Origin: the human T2T-CHM13v2.0 reference genome, Homo sapiens
Reading direction: 5' to 3' (one strand)
Assembly: GCF_009914755.1 (NCBI RefSeq)
Contig: NC_060933.1
DNA: 64,000 nucleotides
Part shown: in pieces, positions 10,957-26,150 of the stretch
Layout of the letters: each line of letters begins with the position of its first letter
Position numbering within the stretch: position 1 is the first letter of the stretch
Position numbers and translations under genes: made by a program
Notes under the pieces: model-generated
Told to the model about the DNA's origin: nothing
What the model saw: the letters and a program-made list of their open reading frames with translations, nothing else
Database searches by the model: none

Positions 10957-11193
10957 CTAGGTGAAGAATTTCGGGAGTTAGAGTGGCAAAGTGGAGCATA
11001 GAAACCTGGCAAGGGACTGGGTTGGGCCCCGTCCCACCACTTTCTTCCCTCCCTCCCCACCTTGGATCCTGTTAAGGCTGTCTCCTCTCAGAGAGGAGCT
11101 GGGCCTGAGGAGGGAGGGAAGAGGGGGAGGCTCAGGACCAGCAGAAATAGGTCCTGGCTGGCAGGGTCCAGGTGGGGTAGGGAGGGCCTCTAC

Positions 11194-11296
11194 CTTGTTC
11201 GGGCCATGACATTGTTCTTCTTGGGTTGCTGGTTGACAGGGCTACCCATGCTGCCATTCTTCAGGGAGCCCTTCCGGGCCAGCTCCCGCTGCTTCT
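11194..11296 (-). CDS. FAM219A: FAM219A exon 3 (103 nt; EKQRELARKGSLKNG...VMARTR)
   Basis: Acceptor CCTGCAG|AG, donor AAG|GTAGAG; phase 1/2. Confidence 0.96.
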
Positions 11297-12429
11297 CTGC
11301 AGGAGAACATGGGAAGGAAGCTGTGTCCTGCCCCTGAGGCCACCCTGTCTTACTACTCAGGGCAGCCTGGGCTGGGCCTCCACTGTGAAACCACTTGCTC
11401 CTAGAAGGACTGAGGCAGGGATCCCAACTCCAGGCCCCTGCTGCTTGGTGGAGATAGTACCTGGCCCTGCACAACCTGAGGCAGACAGTGGGGGGCAAAA
11501 AGAGGAGGCTGCCCCCTGTTTTTCAGGAACCACAACTCCCATGTTAGGGTAGTTAGTGTGTACTTGATGCCAGGGAAAGGCTGGCGGGGGAGAGACAATC
11601 ACAGAAGGATGGCGCAGTCAGAGAGGGCTTCCTTTAGGTGACACCATGACCTGGAGAGAGGTGGACATTCTAGGAAGGAGGGATAGTGTGTGCAAAAATG
11701 CATTTAAAAGTGAGCATAAGTGTGGCTCTGGATAGAGGGGTGAAGAGAGAGGTCAGGTTAGAGAAGTAAAATTCATTTATTCAGCCACTTATTCAACAAA
11801 TATCCATGTCACTAATTATAAGTCTGGTCCTGTGCTAAGGGGCCGAAGACCCTCTCTGGTTACAAACTCAGAACATGAAGGACTTGAATGCCAGACAGAG
11901 GAGTTTGGGATTAACGCAGAAGGAAGAAGAAGCCACTGAAGGTTATGGTGTGGGAGGTGCAGGATGGGGCTACAAAGTAAGGGGCAGAAGGCTGGGGGAG
12001 CCCATTTGGCTACGCTGCCTGAGTGGTGCTCCTGACTCCTTTGCCAAGGTCTGAGTTCTCCAAGGTTCCAAAGCCTACCAGCTTCATGGAGCTGGCCATC
12101 AGGTGACCCAGTCCACTGCCTGGTATGTGACAACTGTTACCAGAAGTAGCTTCCTGGGTCTTGGAGGAGTCCCATCTACTCTTCCCTACTCATCTCAAGT
12201 AAAGGCCAGATCTAGGAAAAGGAACTGTTAGGTGGAGAGGGACACTAGGGAAAATGACTCATAAAATAGCCAAATGCTCCAGAGGGTAAGGATGGGAAGG
12301 ACCTTTACAGCTACTGTGACTCACTTGGAAATTTCCCCTGACCTCATGTCTCTGAATCTCTGTCTTCTACTCTTTGACCCTCTTTCTTTGCCAGTGCTCA
12401 GCTGATTCCAGCTTTTTCCCAGCTTCTTT

Positions 12430-12476
12430 CCAGCAGGTGGCAGCTGCCATTACCACTCCAGGCCTCTAGGGGGTGC
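12430..12476 (+). promoter_or_regulatory. Two co-oriented CTCF-like motifs
   Basis: CCAGCAGGTGGCAGC (12430-12444) and CCTCTAGGGGGTGC (12463-12476). Confidence 0.5.
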
Positions 12477-12904
12477 AATTTGCCTTAAAGTTCCTGGTGG
12501 TACTAGGTGCAACTGGGACAATGCTGTGAATTTTCATGAGGAGCTTTGATGGTAATGTAATGGGGAGAAAAAAAGATGTTATTTTAAAAGCATGCTGAAA
12601 TTGTTTGAAATAGTGGGAAAAAAGCAAACAATAAACTGGCAAAACCAAACTAAAGACTACTATACAACCATTTAAAAGAATGAAGTCACAATATGATGAC
12701 ATTGGAAGGAGCTCCAAGATTTAGGTGGTGGAAGAGGGAAGGCCAAGTTTCAGAAAATGTGCACAATATGATACCACTTATGTTAAAATACAAAGTAAAA
12801 CTACAAAAACTGAAAAGGCTTGGAATGGTTACCTCTTAGGAGGAGAATGTGATGGGGGAGAGTAAAGAAGTTATGCTTGTTAAAATATTTGTATTGTGAT
12901 ATTA

Positions 12905-13274
<370 letters not shown>

Positions 13275-14353
13275 CTAGGAATAGAAACAAATTCCAAGGA
13301 GAGGACTATTCTTGTTTAGAAAAACAGCTCGAGGGGCTCCCTGGATGTGGTCTGGAAGGACAGAAGCAAGCAAGGTAAGAAAAAAAAATAGTAGTTGAAT
13401 AATAAAATACAGGCCTCTGTGGAAAGGAAGGAGAAAGTTGTAGGCAAAGGGCCCTTAGGACTGAGGAGGCATCAGTAATTGTTGGGCAGCTGGAGCCTGA
13501 GGAGGAGGATGGACAGGAGGGTGGCCTTGATGGCAGAGGAACTTGGAAGGATAGTAATGACCTATATTTAATTGTAAATTCTTTCCTGTATGTCCTGTTT
13601 TGTAATTTCTCTTCAAGAAACCAAAGTTTTCATAAAAGTGTGTTATATACAGCAGCCATGAGACAGTGAAACTTTGGTCCCTGAAGGGAGAGGGACAGCC
13701 CATGAGGTGAAGGGAGGGCAATAGTGGTAGGAGCTGTGGACAGTGGCCAGAAGCGAGGGGACTTCACAGGATCAGGCTGCACAGTAAACTGACTTTGGAA
13801 TGGACATGAGACAAAGCCACAAGGGAAATGTGACCCAGAAAGGAAGGGAGATATTTGGGTTTTCTAAGAAACGAAGGGAAAACTCCCCCAGATAGGTGCC
13901 AACTGGGCCCAGAGATCTCTAGATGGGCTGAGATTGTAATCGGGAGAGGGGCTCGGCTTCTAGGGTTGGAACTCTCTTTCCTTTCTATCCCTTAGACATA
14001 ACAAGTAACATCCCACTTCTAAGGCAGCTTCCTCTCAGCCTGATCCAGTGTTTGATGGGACTTCCAAGTCCTCTCTCTGGGGTTCCATGCTTTTCCCCCT
14101 GCAGCTATCCCCCAGAATACCTGGAACGTTCTTGGCTTCAGAGATGCCTCTTAGAGTTTCAGGCTCCTGCAGAGAACTGTAACTGCCCTCTTTGCCTGCA
14201 GGAGACAAGGTGCCTCGCAGTGCCAATGACTTGAAGGCTTGAGTCTTGGAATCATCTAGGCTGAGCTGGTTTATTTGTGGCACCTCATTGTAGACCCAGC
14301 CCAGAGTATCTTGCCTACTCCCCACATCTCCCTCACCCCCCAGACACACTCAC

Positions 14354-14453
14354 CCAGCTTCACTTGGAGCGGGGATGGTTTGTAATTCATGGCTACTGAC
14401 TCACCCTCCCGGGCGTCACAGTCTCCGTCAGAGATGGAGGCGGCGGCTGGGTC
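14354..14453 (-). CDS. FAM219A: FAM219A exon 2 (100 nt; DPAAASISDGDCDAREGESVAMNYKPSPLQVKL)
   Basis: Acceptor CCCACAG|GAC, donor CTGG|GTGAGT; phase 0/1. Exons 2-6 total 498 nt = 165 codons + stop; 20 more codons from exon 1 (outside) give the known 185 aa. Confidence 0.96.
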
Positions 14454-15263
14454 CTGTGGGGAGAAAGCAGTAAGACAGAGAGTTGTTAGGGAGTGAAGAC
14501 AGGGGGCTGCTCTCAGTCCTGAAGCTAGCCTTCCCACCTGCCCTCTGGGCTTCTGTGAGCATTCACCCCTCAGAGCAGGCAGGGCATTCAGGGAGAGAGG
14601 GGCAGACCCATCTACCGTGGGACAAAAACACTGGGCTAGGTAGAAGAACCAAGGATCTGGGTTCCATGTACACCCAACTTGGTGTCTGTCCTCAAAGTCC
14701 TGTGTGGTCCAGCCTCCTCCAGAAAGCCCATCATGATTTCTTTAAACTCACAGGACTTCCTTCTCCTAACTCCCATACTAGTAGCCCTTCCCCTCAGGCC
14801 CTTCCTGTGTACTTGCTTGGCAAGGTCTTCCTAGGTTCCTGTGAGTTTAAGTCTGGGTTAAGGGGAGAGCAGGTACTGTCTGAGATGGGTCTTCTCCCTC
14901 TGTTTCCCTGTGCTGGACAGGTCCCTTCACAGGATCCAGAGAACTGACTGACCAAGCCACACCAGCCTTCAAGGCTACAGCCACTGGACAAAAAAATAGT
15001 TCTAATGAGGACTTCTCCAGTTCACAAATGACACCTAAAGAGTGTCTCCGGGGAGAACCTGAAAAGTTGGCTAGGTACAGTAGGTGAGAAGACAAATAAT
15101 GACAAACCAGCAGGTGGCCAGTTAGTCTTTTGCTGCCCAGAGTGCAAAATACTTGATTCTACAGATGGTCAGGAAGATAGGAAAGCACACATTCTGTGTA
15201 TTGTCCTGAGTCTGGAACTTTTGACATCCTCCTCACTGCCCTCTTCACTTCACTAATCTCTAA

Positions 15264-15588
<325 letters not shown>

Positions 15589-15728
15589 AAGAGTCCTTAT
15601 CTAGCCTTGCCATCCCCTCCCAAACACCCTCCTCTGCTGCAAGATCCAGGGCCGTGCAAGTGGCTGAAGTCATCCACATTCTCCCTGAGACTCTGAGGAC
15701 CAAATATTGACAGGGGTGCTGCCATCCT

Positions 15729-16175
15729 AGCTATAGGATGGGGGTCTGGCTTCCCTTTAATAAGAGTAGATTCACCTTTATTTCATTTATATATCAGCCT
15801 GTTGCAACATTTTGGTTGGAGAAAAGGTTCTATTTTTTAAAAAAGGTTAAAATCTTTTGATTTTAAATGTTTAAAAATGTTTTATTATGGAAATTATAAC
15901 AAGTAGAGAAAACAGTATAGTGAGATCATAGGTACCTATCAACAGCTTCAACAAATATCATCACCCATTCTTTTTAAAAATGAGGAAACCTGGGCCGAGA
16001 GGGGAAGTGTCTTACCCAAAGTCAGTGATGGAGTCAATAACCTTTCAAAGCATGCAGGGAGGGACATAGGGAAGAGAACATGATTTGGGCTTGGAGTTAA
16101 AGACAGGCCCTCTGGGAGGCTGCTCCATTCTTGCAGGCCCAAGCATCAGTCTGCATATTAACCTCTTCCCTTGTC
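15729..16175 (+). repeat. 447-bp local duplication, copy 1
   Basis: Aligns ungapped to 18248-18694 with 8 substitutions. Confidence 0.97.
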
Positions 16176-18247
16176 TTTGCATTTTAACCAGGGCCTGTAG
16201 ATTGCTAAGCCTAAGGTGCGAGGAGTGCAGAGGGGATCCAAGGCTGCTGCCTGTTCTGCCTTTGCGGATGCAGGGAGTAGACAGATGGGCATGTAGAATG
16301 CTGCCACAGTGTCAGGCCCAGGGATCTGAGTGGTTGCTGGTGACCTGGCAAGGGAAGGATATATAACCATTATGGTGGCTTCTGTTCCCTTTAAAATGAG
16401 GCAGTGGGCATGAAAACATGCTTGTCACTAACGGGAAAGGGAAAAGTCTAGCAGGTTTGAGAGGGAAATCCTGGCCTTGTCTGTGTTCCTTCAGGCCATC
16501 CAGAGCACAAGGCTCTGGGTGGGTTGTGTTGCCACAGTGGTTTGCAAGTTCCTGAGGGCAAAACCTGTGCCTCCCTCTCCTGCTTTGATCCCTAGCCCTT
16601 AGCCTTGACTGAGTAGAAGAAGGGCAGGAGGCTTTGCTCAGAGAGGCTGGGTGCCGCAGTGCCTGCATCTTGGGCAACTTCCCATGCTGCAAGTCCTTCA
16701 TCCTCCCTGGCTCAGCAACCTCCTTGAGAGACTAATAGACAGCACCTGTCCTGCACAGCCTTGGAAAAGCAAACCTCTAGTGGCCCTGACATGCCTCTCT
16801 GCAGCCAAAACAGCCTCTCAGCAGCTGCTACCTGCAAGGGAGGTGGAGATGGGACAGCTGGGCTCTGGATTTCCTGTGAGCCCCAGAGACTGCTCACTGC
16901 AAAGCAGCCAGAGGGAAGGCTTTTTAAAGGGCAAATCCCATAAACATGCTGATAGGACCCTACCAGGGCAGCACTGGCACATTTCTAAGTCCCAAGTCAC
17001 ATTCCTTCACTTTTTTGGTAGCATTCGTCACATGTCACATATACCACATCCATTTGGAAAAGGCTTCCTCCCTTGGCTCATCTCTTGCCTCTTTGACTAT
17101 CATTTCTCTGTCCTCCCACAACCCTTTGCCTCCTCTGTAGGGTCCTGCCCTTGGCCCTCCTCTCTCTCCTTGGGGAGCCCTGATGTCTCCTATAGTTCTG
17201 ATTGGCATTTTTACACTGATGACTTCTAAATCTGTGGCGTTTCAATCCTGCTTCTCCTCCTTAACCTTCTAACCCATCTATCACATGAGAGTGTTAGGCC
17301 TCACCATCCTTTCCCTGGGGCTGATTTTTAAAAACACAATCCGTTAGACATTTGGAGCTAACTTTTTACTCCTCAGTGCAGATGAGTTCATCAAAGTTTC
17401 TTCTCTCAGTCTGGAGGTACTGGGTATAAATGGTAACATGGGAGGTAGATTTCACAGGAAGGACAGGGCTAGAAAGCTGTTGAGCAACTCTGGTCACAGG
17501 GACTCACATGTGGTCCTTGAGGCCTACTGGGCAGTTCCTGATGGTATTTGATCCTGGATGAAACTGCCAGCTCCTTTGGACCACAATTCAGGAGGGCCTG
17601 ACCAGGGGGCAGAGCCCTAGGCTGAGGGGTCCCATGCAAAGCCCACCATTCAGCATCTCCTCCATCACTATCCATGACAGAAGGCCACCTTAGTGGCAAG
17701 CACAAAGATCTCTGGCACTGTGCCTGCAAACATAAGCCTTTACTATGAGCTTCCTCTATGTCTTCCCTTAGAAATGCAGCCAATGCACCACAACCATTGC
17801 ATGGCAATGTAATCAGGGAGATTAAATGTAAAATATTCATGAATGTAAGTATCAGAAAAGACTCCAGGCAGAAGGAAGTGCCTGGCTCCAAGAAATCAGG
17901 GAGAATTTAAAGTGCCCCCCAAGGACATCTGAAGGCGTTAGCTAGATCCGGGAACTAGAGTGGAGATTAACAAGATTATTAATAAACACTCAGCAGAGAC
18001 AGACATTGAAATGCATCTCTAACAGCAGCCCATGTTTCTGCAACCCTTCAAATAAATTCTCTGAAGACTACAGAGATGATTAATAGCCCAGCCTCACTGT
18101 TTCTGGGACAGGATATATAGGCTAATGGCTAGTGCAAAGCCAATATAGCTAGAGGAAGGCAAAAGCATCAGAAGAATCCTTAGAATTATAATAGTTTGGT
18201 CCACTGATTTTCATTAAACTGTGTTCCCTGAGTGACTGTGAAGGGGA

Positions 18248-18694
18248 AGCTATAGGATGTGGGTCTGGTTTCCCTTTAATAAGAGTAGATTCACCTTTAT
18301 TTCATTTATATATCAGCCTGTTGCAACTTTTTGGTTGGAGAAAAGGTTCTATTTTTTAAAAAAGGTTGAAATCTTTTGATTTTAAATGTTTAAAAATGTT
18401 TTATTGTGGAAATTATAACAAGTAGAGAAAATAGTATAGTGAGATCATAGGTACCTATCAACAGCTTCAACAAATATCATCACCCATTCTTTTTAAAAAT
18501 GAGGAAACCTGGGCCGAGAGGGGAAGTGTCTTACCCAAAGTCAGTGATGGAGTCAATAACCTTTCAAAGCATGCAGGGAGGGACATAGGGAAGAGAACAT
18601 GATTTGGGCTTGGAGCTAAAGACAGGCCCTCTGGGAGGCTGCTCCATTCCTGCAGGCCCAAGCATCAGTCTGCATATTAACCTCTTCCCTTGTC
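18248..18694 (+). repeat. 447-bp local duplication, copy 2
   Basis: Direct repeat of 15729-16175, offset 2519 bp. Confidence 0.97.
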
Positions 18695-19249
18695 CCCCTG
18701 CCCCAGGGCTGTACCAACTCATGAACTGTCTTTAGCTGGCTGGCCTTACTTGTTGGAGCTGTGGGTAGTGCAGTCAATACAATGGTAGGCTGGGACCCAA
18801 GAGATCCCAAATAAGCAGGATAAAATTGGGTGGTAAAAAAGGGAAACAAATGAAAAAAACCAAAGTGTGGAACCTTCAAGGCTCATGCCTGGAGTCTTAA
18901 GAAGGAGGATCTGGATAAGTAGATGGAAGAGTCTGCTTTCCTGAATGACCCGCAGACTTTTATGGGCTACTCTGGTAGGACTCTAGGTGGCAAAAAATAA
19001 AACTTGTAGAGGGTCTTGTAGTTCCTAATGTATGTCTTCAGATCCACGAGCTTATCTGATTCTCATAAGTACCCAGTAGACATGTGATTGCCTCCCCAAC
19101 ATTCAAATTATACTCCTCCTCCACTGGGCAACAGACATATGGCTTGGATGGGCTGACCTCACTCTCAGTGCCAAGGGGATGCTCTGACTAAAGGAAGACA
19201 ATCTACACAATCCCATCCTCCTTGCCACACAGACTGAAAGAAAGATTGT

Positions 19250-19470
19250 AATGGTTAAAAGCACAGACTCTGGAGCCAGAGTGCCTAGGTTCAAATTCCA
19301 GCTCCTCCAGTTAGTAGCTGTACAATCTGGGTTTCAGCTTCCTCATCTATAAATGGGACTAACACTAATACCTAGTTCAAGGGTTCTTGTGAGGATGAAA
19401 GGAGTTAATATGTATTAAAGCAGTTAGAATAGTCCTTAGCATAGTATACCCTTAGCACTATATCCATGTT
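19250..19470 (+). mobile_element. MIR
   Basis: ggttaaaagcacagactctggagccaga...cttcctcatctataaatggg core. Confidence 0.85.
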
Positions 19471-19750
19471 AACTGTAAAGATATCATTAGTATAGGTTCA
19501 GTGAGGCCTACACTATCATGGTCAGTGTGCCCTGGGAGTGGCTGGCCTGTAGCTGTAGCCCTGACACCACATAGGTTGGAGCCTGGCTTATATATGAAGG
19601 TATCTGTAGAAAAGGTGTGCCCTCCTTAGGGTGATGAAAGACCTGACCACAGGGCACCCTGTTTCCTCTCTTCCCTCACTCCAGCATGATACAATTCTTT
19701 CATTTATTTAATGATGATAGGGCTCACAAATACAAATAGAAAAGAGTCCC

Positions 19751-21560
<1,810 letters not shown>

Positions 21561-22923
21561 ATGGTCTTTGAGGAATCATGAGCAGATGGAGCCAGAACTT
21601 TGGACCATGGGAGGGAGTCTCCTTAACAAAACAGAAGGGAGGTAAGGAAGGTGAGGTGAGGAGAGGAAAGGAGGAAGGGAGGTGGGGGAATCAGATAACA
21701 TGGAGGCAGAAAGGGGGTGGAAAGTTAGGGGAGTTCCTTCCTAAAAAAAACTCATTAGTAAAAGGAAAAAGGTGAACACTAAGGGGTTGGGAAAAAGAGG
21801 AATATTTGGTAGTTGGCCAGAGTGGAAGGAGATCAGACTGGCTGGGCTCTCAGCTACAATCCTCATCTGTCACCCAGCCATGATCCAGTCCCGAGGATGA
21901 AAGGCGCTCTCCGTGGTGCTGAACAATCTTGCCATTGTCTTGTGGCCTGAACATGATAATCCAGGGTAGAGACATGATTCAATATCAGCCTTCCCAAGAA
22001 GAGGTGACCTCTGTTCTCACCTCCAAGTACTAATTCTTAGGAAGATGAAAATGGAAATGGATTTAGAGTGACGTATGAAGAAGCAAAGCGCTCATACCAA
22101 TACTATCTAACCCTTCTTCACAGAACACAGAAGAATTTTCCTTTAGTTTTAAGGCTAATTGGGGGAGGCAGTTCTGAGTTGGAGAATGCTGGAAGGCTAC
22201 TTCTGGAATAAAGTCGTGCCTGTACCTGTTTATTTTCCCTGGATAATAGCAGGAGGCAGGATAGACAGAAAAGCAGAAAGCAGAAATCAGGGCCAGGAAG
22301 GATAGTGCTGATAAGAAATGGGAAGTCAGGGAAGGTGTGTGGCTCAGGCCACTCTCTGACAAGTGGGCACAGTAAAATAGAGCATCAAAGACCAGCTCTG
22401 TTCCTTATCACAAATTTATCCATTGGTCAGCTGAGAAACTTGGGGCTGTGGTCTTCCTGTTCAGGGCTATTCCATTCCAAAACATCTCATGGCAGTGTGT
22501 AGAAATAAGCATGTTTAGGTATCAACTTTTAGAGGGAGACCCAGCAAGTATAACTTAACTTCACTAAGTGCTCATGGTTGGGTAGAAATCTTGCCTCTGG
22601 TCCAAGAATAGTTAGTAGCAATCTATGCATTAGTTAGATGGCTCTATTTCCCTGCAGAGGGCTGTCCATTCAGCCTAAAGCATTCCCATCTTCTCTGACT
22701 CCACACCTCAACATATGAGTTATCTGGCCAATGACAGCTCTTACTCTGCAGTATGACCTGAAGTCACACCTCAACACATTGGCCATTTCTGAATCCCACT
22801 GTTGGGTAGCTCCTGTTTTTGTTCTCCATCTCCCTTTCTCCAAGTTTTCTCCAGGCACTGCCTGCAGAGCCAGGCAATTGGCCAGGACTTATGTCCTTTT
22901 GGGACATATTAAGATCCTTAGGG

Positions 22924-23035
22924 GATAGGTGCAGCAAACCACCATGGCACATGTATACCTATGTAACAAACCTGCACGTTCTGCACATGTATCCCAGAAC
23001 TTAAAATAAAATAAAATAAAATAAAACAAAATAAA
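22924..23035 (+). mobile_element. Extremely 5'-truncated L1PA with 13-bp TSD
   Basis: ataggtgcagcaaaccaccatggcacatgtatacctatgtaacaaacctgcacg...cagaacttaaa + (TAAAA)n; TSD aag(a/g)tccttaggg at 22911-22923 and 23036-23048. Confidence 0.92.
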
Positions 23036-23434
23036 AAGGTCCTTAGGGATCCCACTTACAGGGAAAGACAAAGACTTCTTATAGGGATAAGGTCTTTGTG
23101 GGAGATCTGGAAGAGAATCAGGGAAACATAACGGAGAGGATCTCTCCAAGTGTTATTGGGTCTTACAAATGGGGGAGAACAGAAAGTCTGAAGAGAAAGT
23201 TTGTGAAGCCTACATTTAGGAGAGAAGGCAGAGAATCCTGGCTGGCCCAGGGAGTCTTCTCTTATCAGTCTAAATCTCCCAAATCTTCTAAGTTTTTCTC
23301 TAAAAGAAGACCCATTTCAAATAAAGTCAACACACTGAGTGTCCACTCTCCAGCTCTGGACTATGAGCTGGCAGTAGAATGCAGAAGAGGAAAGCATCTT
23401 TTCTCTTTCTTTTCTTTGTTTCCTTCTTTGTCAT

Positions 23435-23652
23435 TTTTTCTTTTAGTTTTTTAGAGACAGGGTCTCACTCTGTCATCCAAGCTGGAGTGCAGTGGTGCTG
23501 TCACAGCTCACTGTAACCTTGACCTCCTGGGCTCAAGTGACCTCCTGCCTTAGCCCCCTGAGTAACTAGGTCTATAAGCACACATAGCCACTATGCCTGG
23601 CTAAATTTTTTTTTTTTTTAGAGAGGGGGTCTCACTATGATGCCCCAGTTGG
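23435..23652 (-). mobile_element. Truncated AluJ
   Basis: Right arm plus part of left arm. Confidence 0.8.
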
Positions 23653-24463
23653 GAAAACACTCTTTCTTTCCACACACCACACTTCTGCAGAGCATTTGCA
23701 TTTTGGGGTATGGTCAAGTTCACCAAAAAGAAATGGGAAGGATTATCACACTCGGGCTAGAGTTTGGGAGCTCCAACTGGTCTTGGGAGTAGCTGAGGAT
23801 TTTCTGACTGCTTAAACAGCTGCTAGTATAGAATTCATTACTAAAAGTAAGCACCGCCAAGCCTTAGTATCTTTAATGGTATCTGTCACTGGGACAACCA
23901 AAATGGTGGAGGGTGCTACTGCCCCCAGGCCTAGTAACAACTGTAGCTATGAAAAGTTTTATAGATTTTTCTACTATAAAGTAATACATGCTAAAATTTT
24001 AACAAATCACCTTTAGTTTCACCACCTTGAGAAAAACACTTGATAATGTTCTACGGTATGTGAGTCTTTTGCGTATACTACAGCAGCAAAACTCTGGGGC
24101 TTCCCTTCCTTCTTTGGGAGTTGGTGCTGTTCTCATCTTCATGGTCATAGGAGTGAGCCTCTAGGAACTATGCTGGTTCTATGTGATTCCACCCAATTGG
24201 ATAAATGCCTGGATGAGGCAGAGCAAATTAGTCTCCCCCAGAATCGGGAAGTGGGACTTAAATGGAGATGTAAAGTTCAAGACTGTGGATTAGGTAACAG
24301 AGAGAGCCATTGGGGAGGGAAACAAGAATACAGCTGATGTTCAGAAAGAAGTAAACACAAGAGATGGTGAGAGTGCTCCCTAGGTTTCAGTCTCTGGTTC
24401 TAGAGCCTGCCTTACCCATCCAAAGCTTGACTTCATGCTGTGCTTAGGCATTATAAGAAACCC

Positions 24464-24655
24464 AGCCTAGGCAAGATAGCAAGAAGGTGACTCTCCAAAA
24501 AGACAAAAAATTAGCCAGGTGTGGTGGCACACACCTGTAGCCCCAGCTACTCGGAAGGCTGAGTGGGAGGATTGCCTGAGCCCAGGAGGTTGAGGCTGGA
24601 GTGAGCTATGATTGTGCCACTGCATTCTAGCCTGAGTGACAGAGTGAGATCCTGA
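24464..24655 (+). mobile_element. 5'-truncated AluJ, probably inserted in an MLT1-like LTR (~24060-24930)
   Basis: Alu right arm; TSD aagaaaccc at ~24455 and ~24839; flanks resemble MaLR (cttagcttcagttgggttt...gttactgtaatcagagag). Confidence 0.75.
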
Positions 24656-24660
24656 GAAGA

Positions 24661-24738
<78 letters not shown>

Positions 24739-24843
24739 GGGGAGGGAGGGAGGGAAGGAAGGAAGGAAGGAAGGAAGGAAGGAAGGAAGGAAGGAAGGAA
24801 CGAAGGAAGGAAGGAAGGAAGGAAGCGGAGAGAAAAGAAAGAA
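24656..24843. repeat. Compound purine STR (GAAA)17...(GGAA)12 CGAA (GGAA)5
   Basis: GAAA 24670-24737; GGAA 24753-24800 and 24805-24824. Confidence 0.97.
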
Positions 24844-24896
24844 ACCCTAGTGTCTTCATAGTCTGTTCTCTTTCTTAGCTTCAGTTGGGTTTTTTA

Positions 24897-25240
<344 letters not shown>

Positions 25241-25302
25241 GTATGATATTTTTTATTTCTGTATTTTTAAAATTAGTATCAGAACATAATCAGCTCTCCA
25301 TG

Positions 25303-25485
25303 TTTTTTTTTTTTTTTTTTTTTTAAATAGAGGCAGGGTCTTTCTTGTTGCTCAGGATGGAGTGCAGCGGCTATTCACAGGCACAATCATAGCTTACTAC
25401 AGCCTTGAACTCCTGGACTCAAGTGATCCTACTACTTCAGCTTCCCGTGTATCTGGGATTACAGGTACATGTCACTGCACCTAGC
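25303..25485 (-). mobile_element. FAM-type (7SL-like) Alu monomer
   Basis: Retains the 7SL-derived gctattcacagg segment absent from dimeric Alus. Confidence 0.75.
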
Positions 25486-25487
25486 TT

Positions 25488-26150
<663 letters not shown>

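Noticed and set aside
16651-17229. Longest ORF in the track (192 aa, plus)
   Set aside because: GTG start, low-complexity Ser/Leu/Pro composition, partly L2-like, no recognisable domain.
15948-18661. Twin 64-aa ORFs (15948-16142 and 18467-18661)
   Set aside because: By-product of the 447-bp duplication; partly MIR-derived; no coding features.
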